DNA of 5,636 nt, from positions 1-5,636 of the IMG/VR virus record IMGVR_UViG_3300045988_015275; one strand, written 5' to 3'. Within the stretch, counting starts at the first letter, position 1. Every line of letters begins with the position of its first letter. Source of the DNA: a virus. The notes under the pieces are model-generated. The model made no database searches, was not told the origin of the DNA, and worked only from the letters and a program-made list of their open reading frames with translations. The position numbers were made by a program, and so were the translations under genes. Shown here one piece after another: positions 3,528-5,636 of the stretch.

Positions 3528-5144
3528 ATGGAACGACCGCGAAGCAAATTTGACCGAAGTCACCAGCTGCTGACGACCATCAACGAAGGCGAACTGGTGC
3601 CGATCTACTGCGATGAAGTGTTACCGGGTGATACCGCAAAAGTGCACCTGAACGGCCTTATCCGTATGAGCACGCCCATCTATCCGATAATGGATAACGC
3701 CTATATGGACACCTATTTTTTCTTTGTTCCATGCCGTCTACTGTGGGAACACTGGGAAAATATGTTCGGCGAAAACGACACCAACTATTGGGCAGAAAAG
3801 ACCGAATACAGCACGCCGACTTGCACAATCGGCGGCACGAGCGGCCTGAACAATGGCAGCATTGGAGACTACTTTGGACTGCCGACTGGAGTCAAAAACA
3901 AAATCAAAGTCAACGCACTACCGGCGCGCGCATACGCAATGATATATAACGAGTGGTTTCGAGATGAAAACTTGGAAGCACCGTTAATGCTAGGGTACAA
4001 AAAAACTGACGATGCGGGAGACGCCCCTGACGCGGGAAATACAACCACATACATCAACGAACCAAGCCGAACGACAGACACCAACGAGGGAAACATGTAC
4101 TCGAGAAAACCCGCAAAGGCGGGCAAGTTCCACGACTACTTCACGAGCTGTCTACCTTCGCCGTTAAAATCGGACACTGTGGAAATCAACCTGACGGGCA
4201 ATGCACCAATCAAAGGATATAAAGACTTTAATTATTCAGAACTACAGCTTCAGCAAGTAAGTCCAATCATGAGCGCAACAATCAGACCTGGAGCAGAAGT
4301 AACGGTAAGACCCAGCTACGCAGTAATTAAAGAGGGCGGAAACACCGCATACTTAGGTGCAGACCTCAGCAACGTAAGCGGCATCAGTATTGCAGACTTG
4401 CGCATGAGCATCGCACTGCAGCACATCTTCGAGGCAGATGCACGCAACGGCACGCGCTATCGCGAGTTCCTTTCCGGCACATGGGGCGTGACAAGTCCGG
4501 ACAGCCGTCTACAGATTCCTGAATACATCGGCGGACAGCGCATCGCAATCAATGTAAACCAAGTCGTACAGACGAGCCAGACGGACACGACAACCGGGCA
4601 AGCACTGGGCAATACAGCAGCATACAGTCTGACCACATGCAGCAAGGACATGGTGGACTATGCAGCGACCGAATACGGCTATATCATCGGTCTGGCAGTG
4701 ATACGAGTGGAACACAGCTACCAGCAAGGACTTGCGACCAAGTGGACACGTGGCGGGAGATTCACCTACTACGACCCGCGTCTAGCAGCACTGGGCGAAC
4801 AGCCAGTGTATAACCGCGAGATATACGCACAGGGCACGGCCGAAGATAACGAGATCTTCGGATATCAAGAAGCATGGGCGGACTACCGCTACAAGCCTTC
4901 TTACGTAACCGGAGAAATGCGGTCTAACTACAAGACGAGTTTGGATGCATGGCACTATGCAGACGATTATGACGCGCTCCCGCGTCTCTCGGCGGAGTGG
5001 ATTCAGGAAGGAACACAGAACATTGACCGAACGATTGCAGTAACAAGCGCAAAAAGCCACCAATTCTTGTGTGACATCTACTTCACAGAAGATTGGTACC
5101 GCGAGATGCCTATCTACAGCATCCCGGGCATCGAAAGAATTTAA
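3528..5144 (+). CDS. VP1: Major capsid protein VP1 (Microviridae F-like jelly-roll capsid protein), 538 aa
   Basis: The N-terminus RSKFDRSHQLLTTINEGELVPIYCDEVLPGDT, then FHDYFTSCLPSP, ARNGTRYREFLSGTWGV and YQEAWADYRY are hallmark microvirus capsid motifs. ATG 3528 is preferred over the track GTG 3519. Neither has a clear SD, so the start is uncertain by 9 nt. Confidence 0.92.
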   Translation: MERPRSKFDRSHQLLTTINEGELVPIYCDEVLPGDTAKVHLNGLIRMSTPIYPIMDNAYMDTYFFFVPCRLLWEHWENMFGENDTNYWAEKTEYSTPTCTIGGTSGLNNGSIGDYFGLPTGVKNKIKVNALPARAYAMIYNEWFRDENLEAPLMLGYKKTDDAGDAPDAGNTTTYINEPSRTTDTNEGNMYSRKPAKAGKFHDYFTSCLPSPLKSDTVEINLTGNAPIKGYKDFNYSELQLQQVSPIMSATIRPGAEVTVRPSYAVIKEGGNTAYLGADLSNVSGISIADLRMSIALQHIFEADARNGTRYREFLSGTWGVTSPDSRLQIPEYIGGQRIAINVNQVVQTSQTDTTTGQALGNTAAYSLTTCSKDMVDYAATEYGYIIGLAVIRVEHSYQQGLATKWTRGGRFTYYDPRLAALGEQPVYNREIYAQGTAEDNEIFGYQEAWADYRYKPSYVTGEMRSNYKTSLDAWHYADDYDALPRLSAEWIQEGTQNIDRTIAVTSAKSHQFLCDIYFTEDWYREMPIYSIPGIERI

Positions 5145-5154
5145 GGAAGGAGGA

Positions 5155-5180
5155 AGCCCCGCAAAAGCGGGGCTATTTTT
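5155..5180 (+). terminator. Rho-independent terminator-like hairpin between VP1 and VP2
   Basis: agccccgc (5155-5162) is the exact complement of gcggggct (5167-5174), with loop aaaa, followed by ATTTTT (5175-5180). It begins 11 nt after the VP1 stop (5142-5144). Confidence 0.65.
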
Positions 5181-5182
5181 GA

Positions 5183-5636
5183 ATGGAGACCTTATTAAGC
5201 TTTATGCCGTACCTCATGCAAGGGCTGAGCATGTTAACGGGCATCATAACAAGCAGCAACCAGAGCAGCGCCAAAAACAGCCAAGGATCAGGCAACGAAA
5301 GCACAACCGGCAGCGAGACCACAACGGGCAGCGTAACAGCGCCGCAGCAAATCGGTGCAACACAAATCGGCACGCCAACGGGTATTACCACATTTGGCAA
5401 CCAGAGCAGCGTAAACACCGCAAACGCACTGCAAATGATGAGCGGACTGCTGAGCAACCTCGCAAACGCCGGAAGCCAAGCAAGCGCCAAGAAGTACAAC
5501 AGCGCAGAAGCAGCAGCAGAACGAGCATTTCAAAAGGAAATGCGCGGGACAGCCTATCAGGATACCGTGAAAGACATGATAGCAGCGGGCATCAATCCTA
5601 TCCTAGCAGCGACCAACGGAGCAACAAGCACACCAT
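5183..5636 (+). CDS. VP2: DNA pilot / minor capsid protein VP2, N-terminal part; it runs off the window end and continues at base 56 of the circle
   Basis: ATG 5183 is preceded in frame by TGA (5180-5182), so it is the first possible start. The frame has no stop through 5636. It encodes METLLSFMPYLMQGLSMLTGIITSS (hydrophobic), then a Ser/Thr/Gly/Gln/Asn-rich segment, then the conserved AYQDTVKDMIAAGINPILA core. A strong SD, GGAAGGAGGAA (5145-5155), lies upstream of the intervening hairpin. The ORF track misses this ORF because it has no stop inside the window. Confidence 0.8.
   Translation, partial: METLLSFMPYLMQGLSMLTGIITSSNQSSAKNSQGSGNESTTGSETTTGSVTAPQQIGATQIGTPTGITTFGNQSSVNTANALQMMSGLLSNLANAGSQASAKKYNSAEAAAERAFQKEMRGTAYQDTVKDMIAAGINPILAATNGATSTP
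5582..5636. repeat. Terminal direct redundancy, right copy; identical to 1-55
   Basis: See the left copy: 55/55 identity. Confidence 0.9.

Noticed and set aside
3731-3949. A + strand 72-aa Arg/His/Gln/Trp-rich ORF overprinted in another frame inside VP1, a possible phiX174-style overlapping gene.
   Set aside because: There is no SD before ATG 3731 (the upstream sequence is tttttctttgttcc). The composition looks like frame-shifted capsid codons and there is no hydrophobic or other functional pattern. It would be worth revisiting only if the frame is conserved in relatives.
5173-5499. A 108-aa extremely hydrophobic minus-strand ORF that could pass for a multi-pass membrane protein or holin.
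   Set aside because: It is the antisense shadow of the Ser/Thr/Gly/Gln/Asn-rich part of VP2 (AGC/ACC/GGC/CAG codons read backwards give Leu/Val/Ala/Pro/Cys). It has no RBS and would need a minus-strand promoter, for which I see no evidence.
616-5533. All sixteen minus-strand ORFs in the track: 616-873, 1081-1323, 1657-2073, 2095-2394, 2285-2566, 2613-2795, 2860-3048, 3119-3547, 3205-3525, 3372-3563, 3869-4126, 4457-4651, 4509-4727, 4782-5063, 5173-5499 and 5288-5533.
   Set aside because: Each lies antisense to a + strand gene with clear family motifs or good RBS context. Their translations are Cys/Phe/Leu/Ser/Val-rich strings, as expected from the reverse complement of A/G-rich codons. I saw no SD. 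Known Microviridae transcribe one strand only.

Overview
The window looks like one complete circular ssDNA Microviridae (gokushovirus-like) genome, linearised inside a gene. Bases 1-55 are identical to 5582-5636, so the unit genome is 5581 nt. All credible genes are on the + strand. In order they are: VP2 DNA-pilot protein (starts 5183, wraps the junction, ends 474), a terminator, VP4 rolling-circle Rep (590-1579), and a ~377-nt non-coding control region (1580-1956). That region holds an AT-rich palindrome, nine same-orientation TGTTGAAA repeats, GC-rich hairpins and a near-consensus sigma70 promoter. Next come a zinc peptidase M15-like cell-wall hydrolase (1957-2349) and two small helical ORFans. 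A 38-aa very basic protein follows; it is too short for the ORF track (J/VP8-like). Then come an 84-aa conserved small protein, a probable scaffold protein (3083-3502) and the VP1 major capsid protein (3528-5144), followed by a terminator hairpin. No tRNA, rRNA, CRISPR or transposase was seen. The most interesting parts are the repeat/hairpin control region, the peptidase with no visible holin, and the hairpin between the VP2 Shine-Dalgarno and its start codon. All family assignments rest on motifs read by eye and recall, not on searches.
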